Notes under the pieces: model-generated | Databases searched by the model: none | What the model was told of the DNA's origin: nothing | Seen by the model: only the letters and a program-made list of their open reading frames with translations | Source of the DNA: an uncultured Porticoccaceae bacterium | Lineage (GTDB): Bacteria > Pseudomonadota > Gammaproteobacteria > Pseudomonadales > GM7GCV1 | NCBI GenBank assembly: GCA_964623085.1 | Contig: CAZUTO010000001.1 | Coordinates: 66,243 to 130,242, forward strand | Length of the DNA: 64,000 bases | Reading direction: 5' to 3' | Part shown: positions 48,777 through 60,920 of the stretch, one piece after another | Position numbering within the stretch: the first letter of the stretch is position 1 | Layout: the number at the start of each line of letters is the position of its first letter | Made by a program: the position numbers and the translations under genes

Positions 48777-50663
48777 ATGATTCGAAGCTTACGCGAAAAA
48801 CTATCCGGAACTGTGGCCGTCGCTATTATTGTTTTAATAGCAATTCCTCTGGCTTTTATTGGCCTTGACTCCCTTTTTCTAACGGGAAACAAAATCTCTA
48901 ATATTGGCTCCGTGAATGGTAAGGGTATATCAGAGATTGACTTTGCGCGCGCCGTGGCAGCTCGAGAAACTCAGGTCGCGCAGTTGTTGGGCGAAAACTA
49001 TAACGCGGAAATTGTTGATCAGGCGCGTATTGAATCTGCTGCATTAAGCGGTCTGGTTGATCTCAACCTTCTGCTTGATCATGCTGAAGAAGGATCCATG
49101 GGTTATACAGAAGAGTTCGTGGTGGGCCAGATTCGGCAAGCGCCCGAATTCCAAGTTGATGGTCAATTTTCAGATGCACTGTTTTCCAGCTACATGGGCC
49201 AGCTTGGGTTTACTGCAAGTACTTTTATTGATGCGTTAGGTGAGGAAATAGTTTCGAGTCAGCTTAGAGTTGGCTTGCAGACGAGCACCATAGCAACACA
49301 GCAGATGATAGAAAATGCCATAGCAGTAAGCCAAGAAAAAAGAAATTATCAGACCTTGCTGTTGCCAGTGGAAGCCGTTTTGGACAGCGTTGAAGTCACT
49401 GCCGAAGAAATCAGTGCTTTCTATCAGGAGAATACCCAACAGTTTGAGCAACCAGAGCGAGTGAGTCTTAATTATGTGCAGCTTTCTGCGTCAAATTTTT
49501 TGGATGATGTCGAAGTCACCCGTGACGAAGTAGAGCAACGTTTTGCAGCAGTGAAGTCGAGCTTACCAGCTAGACGCCAAGCCGCTCACATTCTTATTGA
49601 ATCAGAATCCGATGACTCGCACTTTGCCGTTCTTGATGAGATTCAGTTAGAGCTAGAAAATGGCGTAGCATTTGAAGAACTCGCGGAGAAATATTCTAGC
49701 GATATCGGTTCGGCTGGGAACGGTGGTTTGCTGGGTTTTACCGATGGCAATGCGTTTCCGGCAGCATTCGAGTCAGCATTGGCGGCATTAGAGGTCGATG
49801 CGGTATCAGCCCCGGTGCTAACTGACGCGGGCTTTCATATCATCAAGTTGGTGAGTATTGATGAAGAAACATTTGAACTCGAAGACGAATACGCCAATAT
49901 CGAGAGCGAAATTCGCCTACAAAAGGCAACTGATGTTTACCGCAGGAATTTAGAACGGTTTACCGAAGCCTCGTTTTCTACAGATAATCTCGAGCAGTTA
50001 ATAGCAGATTTTGCTTCGATTAAGGAATTAGAAGTTGCTAGTACCCCATTGTTTGTCCGATCGAGAGGCGAGGGTATAGCCGCCAACGATACTGTTAGAG
50101 CAGCCGCTTTTTCCAACGATGTTCTGGTAAACCAATATAACAGTGAAGCCATAGAAATAGACGATGCTAGTGCTGTGATCGTTCATTTGAGAGATCGCAT
50201 AGAGCCCGGTGTAGCCGCGCTAGAAGAAGTGAGTGATGAAATTGGCGAGATTTTAAAGGTCAATAAAGGGACTATCCTGCTTGAGTCTAGAGCCGCTGAG
50301 ATCGAAGCGCGGCTAAACGCTGGTGATGACATGGAAGAAGTAGCTAGCGAGGAAGATGTTGAATGGGAAGTCCAGCTAGATGTGCTAAGAGGTGCTGGTG
50401 GTGTTGCTGGCCGATCTGTCTTTGCAGCGGAGATTGATGGTGATTTCCCAATAATTGGTTCTGATGTCCAACCAAATGGTGATTACCTTATCTATAGCAT
50501 TGATAGTGTGGCCAAAGGAAGCCTAGATGATTTCAATGAAGCGCAGGTCTCACAGCTTGCTATTCAGATGTCGCAATTGGTTGCGGAGGCCGAGAATAAC
50601 GCTTATATCAATACCTTGCGTGATGAAGCCGATATTGATTTTAAAATTGATGTTGAATACTAA
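48777..50663 (+). CDS. ppiD: Periplasmic chaperone / peptidyl-prolyl isomerase PpiD
   Basis: N-terminal transmembrane anchor, central parvulin-like domain (AAHILIE...GGLLGF...FHIIKL), and conserved hupB-ppiD synteny. Confidence 0.9.
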   Translation: MIRSLREKLSGTVAVAIIVLIAIPLAFIGLDSLFLTGNKISNIGSVNGKGISEIDFARAVAARETQVAQLLGENYNAEIVDQARIESAALSGLVDLNLLLDHAEEGSMGYTEEFVVGQIRQAPEFQVDGQFSDALFSSYMGQLGFTASTFIDALGEEIVSSQLRVGLQTSTIATQQMIENAIAVSQEKRNYQTLLLPVEAVLDSVEVTAEEISAFYQENTQQFEQPERVSLNYVQLSASNFLDDVEVTRDEVEQRFAAVKSSLPARRQAAHILIESESDDSHFAVLDEIQLELENGVAFEELAEKYSSDIGSAGNGGLLGFTDGNAFPAAFESALAALEVDAVSAPVLTDAGFHIIKLVSIDEETFELEDEYANIESEIRLQKATDVYRRNLERFTEASFSTDNLEQLIADFASIKELEVASTPLFVRSRGEGIAANDTVRAAAFSNDVLVNQYNSEAIEIDDASAVIVHLRDRIEPGVAALEEVSDEIGEILKVNKGTILLESRAAEIEARLNAGDDMEEVASEEDVEWEVQLDVLRGAGGVAGRSVFAAEIDGDFPIIGSDVQPNGDYLIYSIDSVAKGSLDDFNEAQVSQLAIQMSQLVAEAENNAYINTLRDEADIDFKIDVEY

Positions 50664-50756
50664 TAGTCGGACTTGATCGAGATTGTTTGGCTAAATCTCG
50701 CGAACTCGGTTGAGTCAGTAAATTGCGATGTAAATGTATCGAATTTTTAGCTGTAT

Positions 50757-50788
50757 AAAAAAACCTGCATTAAGCAGGTTTTTTTTAT
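50757..50788. terminator. Bidirectional terminator (ppiD / tRNA-Asn)
   Basis: aaaaaaacctgc-attaa-gcaggtttttttt. Confidence 0.85.
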
Positions 50789-50795
50789 TTAAATT

Positions 50796-50871
50796 TGGCT
50801 CCGCCTGCTGGGCTCGAACCAGCGACCCAATGATTAACAGTCATTTGCTCTACCAACTGAGCTAAGGCGGA
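50796..50871 (-). tRNA. tRNA-Asn (anticodon GUU)
   Basis: The reverse complement folds as tccgcct/aggcgga acceptor, anticodon loop ctGTTaa, T-loop ttcgagc, encoded CCA. Confidence 0.95.
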
Positions 50872-50888
50872 ATCTCTTGAGGGCGCGT

Positions 50889-50917
50889 ATGTTAAAGCCC
50901 GTTATAGATAGGGTCAA
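50889..50917 (-). promoter_or_regulatory. Sigma70 promoter for tRNA-Asn with a GC-rich discriminator
   Basis: On the minus strand: TTGACC, 17 nt, TAACAT, followed by ACGCGCCC. Confidence 0.55.
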
Positions 50918-50963
50918 TAGATAAATCCAGTAATAGAGACCCGCTTCACGCACCATTATATTT

Positions 50964-52997
50964 ATGCAAAAGACCTTTGAAGTTCATAGTGAGTATGAGC
51001 CAGCCGGAGATCAACCAGCTGCAATCGAACATCTTCTAGAGGGCTTAAACGACGGGTTATCTCACCAGACATTGCTAGGTGTTACCGGTTCGGGAAAAAC
51101 GTTCACCATGGCCAATGTGATTGCTCGGTCGCAACGGCCCACGATTGTAATGGCGCACAACAAGACGCTGGCGGCTCAGCTTTATGGAGAGTTTAAGGCT
51201 TTTTTCCCAAAAAACGCCGTCGAGTATTTTGTCTCCTATTACGACTACTATCAGCCGGAGGCCTACGTACCCTCTAGCGATACGTTTATCGACAAAGATG
51301 CATCTGTAAACGACCATATTGAACAAATGCGACTTTCAGCGACCAAAGCGCTGATGGAGCGCAAAGATGTCATTGTTGTGGCAACGGTGTCTGCTATTTA
51401 TGGCTTGGGCGATCCCGATGCGTACCTGAAAATGATGCTGCACATGTCGCGCGGGGAGATCATTGATCAACGCAAAATTCTCAAGCGCCTAGCTGAGCTT
51501 CAATACACTAGAAATGATGTTGAATTTCAGCGATCCACTTTTCGTGTTCGTGGCGACGTGATTGATATTTTCCCGGCAGAATCGGAGCGTGATGCGGTCA
51601 GAGTCGAGCTGTTCGACGATGAAATTGAGCGACTCAGTATCTTTGATCCGCTGACCGGTGAGTCGCGCGGCGAGGTTCCTCGTGTGACGGTTTATCCGAA
51701 ATCCCATTATGTCACGCCGCGATCAACCATTCTTGAGGCCGTCGATCGTATTCAAGTGGAGCTTAAGGAAACGCTGAAATACTTGCGTGACGAAGACAAG
51801 CTTGTTGAGGCGCAACGATTGGAACAGCGGACTAAATATGATTTAGAAATGATGCGAGAGCTCGGGTATTGCAACGGCATTGAAAACTACTCGAGATATT
51901 TGTCAGGCCGCAACGACGGTGAGCCGCCGCCAACGTTGTACGATTATATCCCGGAAGATGCACTGCTATTTATTGACGAATCTCACGTGACAGTACCCCA
52001 AATAGGTGGGATGTATCGAGGCGACCGTTCCCGAAAAGAGACACTGGTTCACTACGGTTTTCGTCTTCCCTCTGCACTTGATAACCGACCTTTGCGGTTT
52101 GAAGAGTGGGAAGGTCTTTCTCCACAAACCATTTTCGTTTCAGCGACACCTTCTGATTACGAAGCAGAACATGCTGGCCAAGTGGTAGAGCAGATAGTGC
52201 GTCCTACAGGATTGGTTGATCCGACGATCGAAATACGGCCGGCAACGAGTCAAGTTGACGATGTTCTAGGTGAAATTCGGGATGTAGTCACAAGGCAGTC
52301 TAGGGTCTTGATTACCACGCTAACGAAGCGCATGGCTGAAGATCTGACTGACTATCTGGTTGAGCAAGGCGTTCGTGTGCGTTATTTGCATTCTGACGTT
52401 GATACTGTTGAGCGTGTAGAAATAATCCGTGATCTTCGTCTGGGAGAATTCGATGTGTTGGTGGGGATTAATCTGCTGAGGGAAGGCTTGGATATCCCGG
52501 AAGTAGAGTTAGTCGCTATCTTGGATGCTGATAAAGAAGGCTTTTTGCGATCAGAACGATCCCTTATTCAGACAATAGGTCGGGCAGCCCGGAATATTAG
52601 AGGTAGAGCAGTGCTCTATGCTGATCGAGTCACAGGTTCTATGCAGCGTGCAATGGATGAAACTGAGCGCCGCCGCGATGTACAAATTGCCTTTAACAAA
52701 AAAGAAGGGATTACGCCGAAAGGTATACAGCATTCGGTCTCAGATATTATGGAGGGCAGCCGAGTTGTTCCAGGAAAGAAGAGCAAAGCAAAACTTAGTG
52801 CGACCGCGGAGCTAGAGGTAGATTACGATTACCTTAGTAGGCCTGAGGAGTTACAAACACCGCAGGAGGTCCTAAAAAAAATATCCGAGATGGAGGGCTT
52901 GATGCATACGTATGCGAAGAATCTCGAATTTGAACAAGCCGGATTTATGCGAGACAAAATCACAGAATTGCGAGAAAAGTTGATTCAAATATCTTGA
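50964..52997 (+). CDS. uvrB: Excinuclease ABC subunit B
   Basis: 677 aa, collinear with E. coli UvrB ([21 protein letters not shown]-terminal UVR domain). Confidence 0.98.
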   Translation: MQKTFEVHSEYEPAGDQPAAIEHLLEGLNDGLSHQTLLGVTGSGKTFTMANVIARSQRPTIVMAHNKTLAAQLYGEFKAFFPKNAVEYFVSYYDYYQPEAYVPSSDTFIDKDASVNDHIEQMRLSATKALMERKDVIVVATVSAIYGLGDPDAYLKMMLHMSRGEIIDQRKILKRLAELQYTRNDVEFQRSTFRVRGDVIDIFPAESERDAVRVELFDDEIERLSIFDPLTGESRGEVPRVTVYPKSHYVTPRSTILEAVDRIQVELKETLKYLRDEDKLVEAQRLEQRTKYDLEMMRELGYCNGIENYSRYLSGRNDGEPPPTLYDYIPEDALLFIDESHVTVPQIGGMYRGDRSRKETLVHYGFRLPSALDNRPLRFEEWEGLSPQTIFVSATPSDYEAEHAGQVVEQIVRPTGLVDPTIEIRPATSQVDDVLGEIRDVVTRQSRVLITTLTKRMAEDLTDYLVEQGVRVRYLHSDVDTVERVEIIRDLRLGEFDVLVGINLLREGLDIPEVELVAILDADKEGFLRSERSLIQTIGRAARNIRGRAVLYADRVTGSMQRAMDETERRRDVQIAFNKKEGITPKGIQHSVSDIMEGSRVVPGKKSKAKLSATAELEVDYDYLSRPEELQTPQEVLKKISEMEGLMHTYAKNLEFEQAGFMRDKITELREKLIQIS

Positions 52998-53131
52998 TAA
53001 ATGCTGTTGCTCGTCTTACGCGGACAATTGATGAGCTTGCTCATACCTTATTGCCTGTATCGAACCAAACGTCGAATTGGCTCCCTATCTATCGTTCATA
53101 CTTTGGCCGTATTTTTGTCGCTAAGCGCTGG

Positions 53132-53160
53132 TTGTAAGACGTGGTAGGAGTCGATAGAAT
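53132..53160 (+). promoter_or_regulatory. Sigma70 promoter for tRNA-Val with a GC-rich discriminator
   Basis: TTGTAA, 17 nt, TAGAAT, followed by TGCGCGCC. Confidence 0.55.
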
Positions 53161-53193
53161 TGCGCGCCCATCCTGCATGGATAGGGATATTGT

Positions 53194-53270
53194 ACGACCG
53201 TAGCTCAGCTGGTTAGAGCACCACCTTGACATGGTGGGGGTCGGTGGTTCGAGTCCACTCGGTCGTACCA
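53194..53270 (+). tRNA. tRNA-Val (anticodon GAC)
   Basis: Acceptor acgaccg/cggtcgt (A1-U72), anticodon loop ttGACat, T-loop ttcgagt, encoded CCA. The body is close to E. coli tRNA-Val(GAC). Confidence 0.93.
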
Positions 53271-53360
53271 ATGCATTTGTGATACCGCACCGCTTTTTGC
53301 GACGGCAATAGGCGGGATATTTTTTGGATAGCGCAAATAAAGCCAATAAGAGATAGTCAT

Positions 53361-53381
53361 GTGGCCTTTCGTGAGGGCCAC
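53361..53381 (+). promoter_or_regulatory. thrS leader hairpin mimicking the tRNA-Thr anticodon arm (putative translational operator)
   Basis: 7-bp stem gtggcct/gggccac with the 7-nt loop UUCGUGA. CGU occupies the anticodon positions after U33. The hairpin ends 15 nt before the thrS ATG. Confidence 0.55.
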
Positions 53382-53396
53382 CACTGAGATTAAATT

Positions 53397-55322
53397 ATGC
53401 CTGTTATTACCCTTCCTGATGGTTCCCAACGAACATTTGAAAACCCTGTCTCTGTATTGGATGTCGCAGCTGATATTGGCCCCGGCCTTGCCAAAGCCAC
53501 ACTTGGTGGCCGTGTAAACGGTCAGCGTTTTGATGCGTCTGATCTTATTTCCGAAGATGCTGAGTTGGAGATCTTCACGCCAAAAACAGAAGACGGCCTG
53601 GAAATTATCCGTCACTCCTGTGCGCATTTGCTTGGTCATGCACTGAAGCAGCTATGGCCCGATGCGAAAATGGCTATCGGCCCAACCATTGAAAATGGGT
53701 TTTATTACGATATCGATCTCGAGCATCAGCTGACTGATGAGGACATTAAGCTATTGCAAGGGCGTATGGAATATCTCGCTGACACTAACTACGAGATCGT
53801 CAAAAAGAAAGTCGGTTGGCAAGAGGCCCTGGATACGTTTGCCGCGCGCTCTGAACCATACAAGATTGAGATCCTCGAGCAGGATATAGATCGCTCAGAT
53901 CAGCCTGGCCTTTATCACCATGAAGAATATGTGGATATGTGTCGCGGCCCGCATGTTCCCAATATGAGCTTCTGTCAACACTTTAAGTTAATGCGAGTAT
54001 CTGGCGCCTATTGGCGTGGGGATAGCGACAACAAGCAGCTTCAGCGCATATACGGCACAGCATGGGCCGATAAAAAGCAGTTAAAAGCCCATCTGAACTT
54101 CCTCGAAGAAGCGGTCAAGCGTGACCATCGTAAGCTAGCGAAAAAATTTGACCTCTTTCACTTGCAAGAAGAAGCGCCGGGTATGGTGTTCTGGCATCCA
54201 AAAGGTTGGAGCATCTACACGGCTATCGAAGAGTACATGCGAGATGTGCAATATAGGAATGGCTACCAAGAGATAAAGACACCGCAGGTCGTCGATCGCA
54301 CACTCTGGGAAAGGTCAGGACACTGGGACAAATTCCGCGAAGACATGTTTACTGTGGAATCAGAAAGCCGAGATTATGCCGTTAAGCCAATGAACTGCCC
54401 CTGTCATGTTCAGGTGTTCAATCAAGGGTTGCGCAGTTATCGAGAGCTGCCTATACGTCTTGCTGAATTTGGCAGCTGCCATCGCAACGAGGCCTCAGGA
54501 ACACTGCAGGGCATCATGCGCGTGCGTGGCTTTACGCAGGACGATGCGCATATCTTTTGTACCGAGTCTCAGATTCAGGATGAAGTCGCGACCTTTATCG
54601 ATTTGCTTTATGAAGTTTATGCCGATTTTGGTTTTGACGAAGTGTTGATCAAGCTTTCAACTCGTCCCGAAAAGAGAGTGGGTTCGGATGAGGTTTGGGA
54701 TAAATCGGAAAAAGCGCTCGCAGATGCGTTGGATGCCAAAGAGCTCCCTTTTGAGATATTGCCAGGAGAGGGTGCATTTTACGGCCCGAAAATTGAATTC
54801 TCATTGAAAGATTGCATTGGGCGAGTATGGCAGTGCGGCACTATTCAAGTCGATTTTTCTATGCCCGGAAGGCTCGATGCGCAATATGTAGCGGAAGATG
54901 GATCGCGTCAGGTACCTGTCATGTTGCACCGAGCTATCCTTGGCAGTTTTGAGCGATTTATCGGTATGTTGATTGAAAACTATGAAGGCGCATTTCCGGC
55001 ATGGTTGGCACCCGATCAGGTCGTTATTTTGAATATTACGGACAAACAGGCCGAATATTCCGAAAAATGCCGTAACTTATTGCAAGAAAAGGGATTTCGG
55101 GTCAATCTCGACTTGAGAAACGAAAAAATCGGCTTTAAAATCCGCGAGCACACAATTCAGAGGGTTCCTTATCTCGCAGTGGCAGGAGATAAAGAGGTTG
55201 AATCCGGTAAGCTAGCGATACGCTCTAGAAGTGGAGAAGATTTAGGCTCCATGTCTATCGAGGCTTTTTCTGAATTATTGCAAAGTGACATCAATCAACG
55301 AGGTAGAGACTCTGAAGATTAA
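53397..55322 (+). CDS. thrS: Threonyl-tRNA synthetase
   Basis: 641 aa with TGS, editing and class II core domains ([15 protein letters not shown]). Confidence 0.98.
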   Translation: MPVITLPDGSQRTFENPVSVLDVAADIGPGLAKATLGGRVNGQRFDASDLISEDAELEIFTPKTEDGLEIIRHSCAHLLGHALKQLWPDAKMAIGPTIENGFYYDIDLEHQLTDEDIKLLQGRMEYLADTNYEIVKKKVGWQEALDTFAARSEPYKIEILEQDIDRSDQPGLYHHEEYVDMCRGPHVPNMSFCQHFKLMRVSGAYWRGDSDNKQLQRIYGTAWADKKQLKAHLNFLEEAVKRDHRKLAKKFDLFHLQEEAPGMVFWHPKGWSIYTAIEEYMRDVQYRNGYQEIKTPQVVDRTLWERSGHWDKFREDMFTVESESRDYAVKPMNCPCHVQVFNQGLRSYRELPIRLAEFGSCHRNEASGTLQGIMRVRGFTQDDAHIFCTESQIQDEVATFIDLLYEVYADFGFDEVLIKLSTRPEKRVGSDEVWDKSEKALADALDAKELPFEILPGEGAFYGPKIEFSLKDCIGRVWQCGTIQVDFSMPGRLDAQYVAEDGSRQVPVMLHRAILGSFERFIGMLIENYEGAFPAWLAPDQVVILNITDKQAEYSEKCRNLLQEKGFRVNLDLRNEKIGFKIREHTIQRVPYLAVAGDKEVESGKLAIRSRSGEDLGSMSIEAFSELLQSDINQRGRDSED

Positions 55323-55336
55323 CTGGAGTAAGCGTT

Positions 55337-55867
55337 ATTAACCGCGAGAAAGCAAAGCGGCCCAACATTAACGAAGAAATAGAAGCGAGCGAAGTAAGGC
55401 TCGTCGGGGCAGAGGGTGAGCAACTAGGTGTGGTCACCATCGAAGAGGCAAGACAAGCTGCAGCGACAGCGTCGTTAGATCTTGTAGAAATTGCGCCCAT
55501 GGGTGAACCGCCTGTGTGCAAAGTCATGGACTATGGAAAGTTTGTGTTCGAGGCTAAAAAGCAAAAAGCTGCAGCCAAGAAAAAACAGAAGCAGACGCAA
55601 GTCAAGGAGATGAAATTCCGTCCTCATACGGATATAGGCGACTATCAGGTCAAACTACGCAACCTGACCCGTTTCCTAGAAAATGGGGATAAGGCCAAGG
55701 TAACCCTTAGGTTCCGCGGTCGCGAGATGGCTCACCAAGAGCTCGGCATGGATATGATGAAACGTATCGAAACCGACCTTGAAGAGATTTCCACAGTTGA
55801 GCAATATCCAAAAATGGAAGGTCGCCAACTGATTATGGTTCTCGCTCCTCAAAGCAAGAAGAAATAA
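55337..55867 (+). CDS. infC: Translation initiation factor IF-3, ATT start codon
   Basis: From ATT at 55337 the frame reads (M)[32 protein letters not shown], matching the IF-3 N-terminal domain. GGAG lies 9 nt upstream. No ATG, GTG or TTG occurs between the in-frame TGA at 55313 and the track start at 55430. Confidence 0.9.
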   Translation: MNREKAKRPNINEEIEASEVRLVGAEGEQLGVVTIEEARQAAATASLDLVEIAPMGEPPVCKVMDYGKFVFEAKKQKAAAKKKQKQTQVKEMKFRPHTDIGDYQVKLRNLTRFLENGDKAKVTLRFRGREMAHQELGMDMMKRIETDLEEISTVEQYPKMEGRQLIMVLAPQSKKK

Positions 55868-55933
55868 GGTTTAGTTCTTCTAATTTTATTAACAGAGCGG
55901 ATTTTTCCGCCTTAAAACAATGCGAGTTTTAAA

Positions 55934-56128
55934 ATGCCAAAAGCAAAAGTGCACTCAGGTGCAGCCAAGCGGTTTAAGAAAACTGCCGCCGGCTATAAAC
56001 ACAAGCGGGCTTTCAAAAGCCATATTCTCACCAAAATGACGACCAAGCGTAAGCGCCAGTTGCGTGGAACGGGCATTCTGAATAAATCAGATGCTATCCA
56101 TGTCGATCGCATGCTTCGCGCCAAGTAA
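55934..56128 (+). CDS. rpmI: 50S ribosomal protein L35
   Basis: 64 aa, [17 protein letters not shown]... Confidence 0.97.
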   Translation: MPKAKVHSGAAKRFKKTAAGYKHKRAFKSHILTKMTTKRKRQLRGTGILNKSDAIHVDRMLRAK

Positions 56129-56153
56129 TCAGATTTATATAGGAGAATAGGAA

Positions 56154-56510
56154 ATGCCTCGCGTAAAACGTGGAGTGACGGCAAAAGCCCGTCACAAGAA
56201 AGTACTAAAGCAAGCCAAGGGTTATTACGGTGCTCGTAGTCGTATTTATCGTGTTGCAAAACAAGCGGTAACAAAAGCAGGTCAGTACGCTTATCGTGAT
56301 CGGAAGGTCAAGAAACGTACTTTCCGTCAGCTTTGGGTGACTCGAATTAACGCTCAAGCAAGAGCAGAAGGAATGACTTACAGCCAGTTTATTGCAGGTT
56401 TGAAAAAAGCAGAGATAGAACTGGATCGCCGAGTATTGGCAGATTTGGCAGTTCATGACAAAGATGCATTTGGTAAGCTAGTAGAGCAATCCAAGGCCGC
56501 ATTAGCATAA
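56154..56510 (+). CDS. rplT: 50S ribosomal protein L20
   Basis: 118 aa, [19 protein letters not shown]... Confidence 0.98.
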   Translation: MPRVKRGVTAKARHKKVLKQAKGYYGARSRIYRVAKQAVTKAGQYAYRDRKVKKRTFRQLWVTRINAQARAEGMTYSQFIAGLKKAEIELDRRVLADLAVHDKDAFGKLVEQSKAALA

Positions 56511-56526
56511 GTCTACCAGTTTATGA

Positions 56527-57636
<1,110 letters not shown>

Positions 57637-57647
57637 GAGTAGGTGTC

Positions 57648-60014
57648 GTGAAGATCAGTGAATCCTGGATACGTGAGTGGGTCGACCCAGATATCGGCAC
57701 CGATGAATTGGTCGCAAAGCTGACCATGGCCGGACTAGAAGTGGATGCTGTTGAACCCGTAGCGCAATCATTTAAAGGGGTTGTGGTTGGAGAGATCGTG
57801 GCTATAGAGCCACATCCAGATGCCGAGAAGCTTCGAGTTTGCCAAGTTGATGATGGCACAGAGCATTTGCAAATTGTTTGTGGGGCCTCTAATGCTCGGA
57901 AGGGTATTCGCGTTCCGTTAGCCAAGGTGGGTGCTCAGCTGCCCGGTGATTTTGAAATTAAAAAAGCAAAGCTCAGAGGCGTGGAGTCAGACGGGATGCT
58001 CTGCGCGCGAGAAGAGCTAGGAGTCGCCGGCGATTCTAGCGGCCTATGGGAGTTGCCATCAGGAGCTCCAATTGGCGAATGTGTCCGAAAGGCACTATCG
58101 CTAGACGACAAAATCATCGATATAGATTTGACGCCTAATCGCGCGGACTGTTTGAGTGTCCAAGGAATAGCGAGAGATGTGGGCGTATTTACGAGTACAG
58201 ATTTAACAGAACCCCAAATATCGGCGGTGTCGGCAGAAACGGATAGGGTGTTCCCCGTCAAGTTAACGGCCGAAGAAGCCTGTCCCATCTATGTGGGAAG
58301 AGTCATTGAGGGTGTGGATCTCAGTGCAGAAACGCCAGACTGGATAAAAGACCGCTTGGCTCGTAGCGATATCGGCTCTATTCATCCTGCGGTAGACGTT
58401 ACGAACTACGTTATGCTCGAGTTGGGGCAGCCAATGCACGCGTTCGATCTGACTAAATTGACGGGCGAGATTGATGTTCGTTATGCGCAGGCAGGGGAAG
58501 AGCTTGCATTATTGGACGGTCAGACCGTCACTTTGGATGATCAAACGTTGCTAATAGCTGATCAAAATGGTCCATTAGCAATGGCCGGAATCATGGGCGG
58601 AAAAGGTTCTGAAATAACGGAATCAACAACGGATGTGTTTTTTGAGTCTGCGTTTTTTAATCCCCTAGCTATTACTGGTAAAGCCCGCGCCTATGGTTTG
58701 CATACCGATTCGTCGCATCGCTTCGAGCGTGGTGTTGACCCAGCTCTCCAAGAAATTGCTATTGAGCGCGCTACGGAACTATTGATTGCTATTTCTGGCG
58801 GCAAAGCAGGTAAAACAATATCAACAAAAACAAATACCTATAACAATAACCTAGAAAGTATTGAGATTAGGTTGAAGCGTTTAGAACAGTTGCTAGGCTG
58901 TCAGTTTGAAGGCACACAAGTCGAAGAAATTTTGCAGCGGCTTGGGTTAGAAATTATCGAATCGAGCAAAGATCGCTGGTTAACTAAACCGCCTAGTTGG
59001 CGCTTCGATCTCCAGATAGAAGAAGATTTGGTAGAGGAAATAGCTCGTATCTACGGTTATGACAAGCTTCCTGAACGTACGCTATTAGCAGCTCAGCATA
59101 TCGAAGCGCGTTCGGAGACGCTTGCTTCTCGACGTTCTTATATGGAGCAGCTCGTTAGCCGTGGTTTTAGAGAAGTGATTTCATACAGTTTTATCGCACC
59201 GGAGCTGCACCAGCTCTGTTTTCAGAATAAACCAACAATATCTGTTCAAAATCCGATTGCTGAAGATATGTCAGTTATGCGAGTGTCGCTGATACCAGGT
59301 GTCTTGAAGGCTGCGCAATACAATCTCAATAGACAGCGCTCTGATTTACGATTGTTTGAATCAGGTATGGTATTTATTCCGACAGAATCTGGTGAAATGA
59401 CGCAGGAAAATCGTGTCGCAGGGCTGTTAACGGGTTCTCGGCGACCAGAAGGCTGGGCGAATGATGTAGCGGAGCTAGATTTTTACGATTTAAAGAACGA
59501 AGTAGAGCTTTTACTTGGGCGGAATATTGACTGCGAGCCAGGGGAGTGGGGCGGGCTGGCACATCCCGGTCAATCCGCCCGGATAAGACTGGATGGACGG
59601 TCAGTAGGCTGGTTGGCAAAAGTGCACCCTAAGTTGGAAGCTTTGCTAGATTTTGGCCAATCTGTCTTTGTATTTGAATTGCAAGAAAACGCAGTAAGAG
59701 CGCAGGCTGTTCCTCATTTTTCAGCGCTTTCTAAGTATCCAGCCGTGCGTCGTGATTTGGCGTTGGTCGTTGATAAAGCCCTACCTGTCGGTGAATTATT
59801 AGCTGAAGTGCATGATTACTGTGGGGATTTATTGGTCGAGGCTAGAATTTTTGACATATATGAGGGACAGGGTATTGATTATAATGAAAAAAGTGTAGGG
59901 TTAGGCTTGACGTTCAGAGATAATTCCCGCACTCTAAACGACGAACTTGTGACTGAAAAAGTGGAAGAGCTAGTTAGCCACTTAAATAAGCGTCACAACG
60001 CGCGTCAAAGATAA
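57648..60014 (+). CDS. pheT: Phenylalanyl-tRNA synthetase beta subunit
   Basis: 788 aa with a GTG start. tRNA-binding, B3/4, B5 and FDX-ACB domains are present in order. Confidence 0.97.
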   Translation: MKISESWIREWVDPDIGTDELVAKLTMAGLEVDAVEPVAQSFKGVVVGEIVAIEPHPDAEKLRVCQVDDGTEHLQIVCGASNARKGIRVPLAKVGAQLPGDFEIKKAKLRGVESDGMLCAREELGVAGDSSGLWELPSGAPIGECVRKALSLDDKIIDIDLTPNRADCLSVQGIARDVGVFTSTDLTEPQISAVSAETDRVFPVKLTAEEACPIYVGRVIEGVDLSAETPDWIKDRLARSDIGSIHPAVDVTNYVMLELGQPMHAFDLTKLTGEIDVRYAQAGEELALLDGQTVTLDDQTLLIADQNGPLAMAGIMGGKGSEITESTTDVFFESAFFNPLAITGKARAYGLHTDSSHRFERGVDPALQEIAIERATELLIAISGGKAGKTISTKTNTYNNNLESIEIRLKRLEQLLGCQFEGTQVEEILQRLGLEIIESSKDRWLTKPPSWRFDLQIEEDLVEEIARIYGYDKLPERTLLAAQHIEARSETLASRRSYMEQLVSRGFREVISYSFIAPELHQLCFQNKPTISVQNPIAEDMSVMRVSLIPGVLKAAQYNLNRQRSDLRLFESGMVFIPTESGEMTQENRVAGLLTGSRRPEGWANDVAELDFYDLKNEVELLLGRNIDCEPGEWGGLAHPGQSARIRLDGRSVGWLAKVHPKLEALLDFGQSVFVFELQENAVRAQAVPHFSALSKYPAVRRDLALVVDKALPVGELLAEVHDYCGDLLVEARIFDIYEGQGIDYNEKSVGLGLTFRDNSRTLNDELVTEKVEELVSHLNKRHNARQR

Positions 60015-60027
60015 AATTGGATAGACA

Positions 60028-60336
60028 ATGAATTCAGCGCTGACAAAAGCCGATTTGGCAGAAATGTTGTTTAATGATCTCGGATTAAATAAAAGAGAAG
60101 CAAAAGAAATTGTTGAGCTTTTCTATGAGGGAATTAAGGAATCACTAGAAGCTAATGAGCCAGTTAAGCTTTCTGGATTTGGTAACTTTGAATTGAGGGA
60201 GAAAAACCCTCGCCCCGGTCGGAACCCGAAAACGGGTGAAGAGATCCCGATTTCTGCCAGACGTGTTGTGACATTTAGGCCAGGCCAGAAATTACGTGCC
60301 CGTGTAGAGAGCTATGCTAGAACCAAGTCAAAATAA
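60028..60336 (+). CDS. ihfA: Integration host factor alpha subunit
   Basis: 102 aa, LTKADLAE...[12 protein letters not shown]. Confidence 0.96.
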   Translation: MNSALTKADLAEMLFNDLGLNKREAKEIVELFYEGIKESLEANEPVKLSGFGNFELREKNPRPGRNPKTGEEIPISARRVVTFRPGQKLRARVESYARTKSK

Positions 60337-60670
60337 CGAATTACCGCCGATCCCGAGCAAGCGTTACTTTACTATTGGTGAAGTGAGCGAGTTGTGTGAT
60401 GTTAAACCGCATGTGCTTCGCTATTGGGAACAAGAATTTCCAAACTTGAGCCCGGTAAAGCGCCGCGGTAATCGCAGATATTATCAGCGGCAAGATGTGG
60501 TGCTAATACGCCAGATACGCGCGCTTCTTTATGAGCAAGGCTACACTATCGGTGGAGCTATAGCGCGATTAACGAGCGACTCCAATAAGCAAGATATTAG
60601 TGAGAAGAAACAAATCATTGACGAGCTACTCAAGGAATTAAATGATTTGCTCAAATACTTGAAAACCTAA
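60314..60670 (+). CDS. Small MerR-family transcriptional regulator (DNA-binding domain only)
   Basis: [28 protein letters not shown]. It overlaps the ihfA end by 23 nt. The ihfA-MerR pairing is, as far as I recall, also seen in Pseudomonas. Confidence 0.85.
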   Translation: MLEPSQNNELPPIPSKRYFTIGEVSELCDVKPHVLRYWEQEFPNLSPVKRRGNRRYYQRQDVVLIRQIRALLYEQGYTIGGAIARLTSDSNKQDISEKKQIIDELLKELNDLLKYLKT

Positions 60671-60742
60671 GTTAGGTCGTTTCAGTTCGCAGTCCCCTAG
60701 GGTATTATTCACGCCCCAAATAAGATTTCGTATCGAATAATT

Positions 60743-60819
60743 CGGAGTGTAGCGCAGTTTGGTAGCGCACCACACTGGGGGTGTGGTGGTCGTCGGTTCA
60801 AATCCGGCCACTCCGACCA
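60743..60819 (+). tRNA. tRNA-Pro (anticodon GGG)
   Basis: Acceptor cggagtg/cactccg, anticodon loop ctGGGgg, T-loop ttcaaat, encoded CCA. Confidence 0.95.
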
Positions 60820-60825
60820 AGTACC

Positions 60826-60859
60826 AAAGAGCCGCTTTTGAGCGGCTCTTTTATTTTTT
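60826..60859. terminator. Rho-independent terminator after tRNA-Pro(GGG)
   Basis: aaagagccgc-ttttga-gcggctcttt followed by tatttttt. Confidence 0.8.
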
Positions 60860-60920
60860 CACTTCTTTACAGATGACTGCTTCCATCTTCCGCCAGCGAT
60901 CGTAAAGTTAATTTGCTTGG

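Noticed and set aside
50872-50963. Search for LexA boxes upstream of uvrB, and upstream of ftsK at 28044-28239.
   Set aside because: No CTGT-N8-ACAG (or CTG-N10-CAG) match is seen in either region. Only recA has one in this window.
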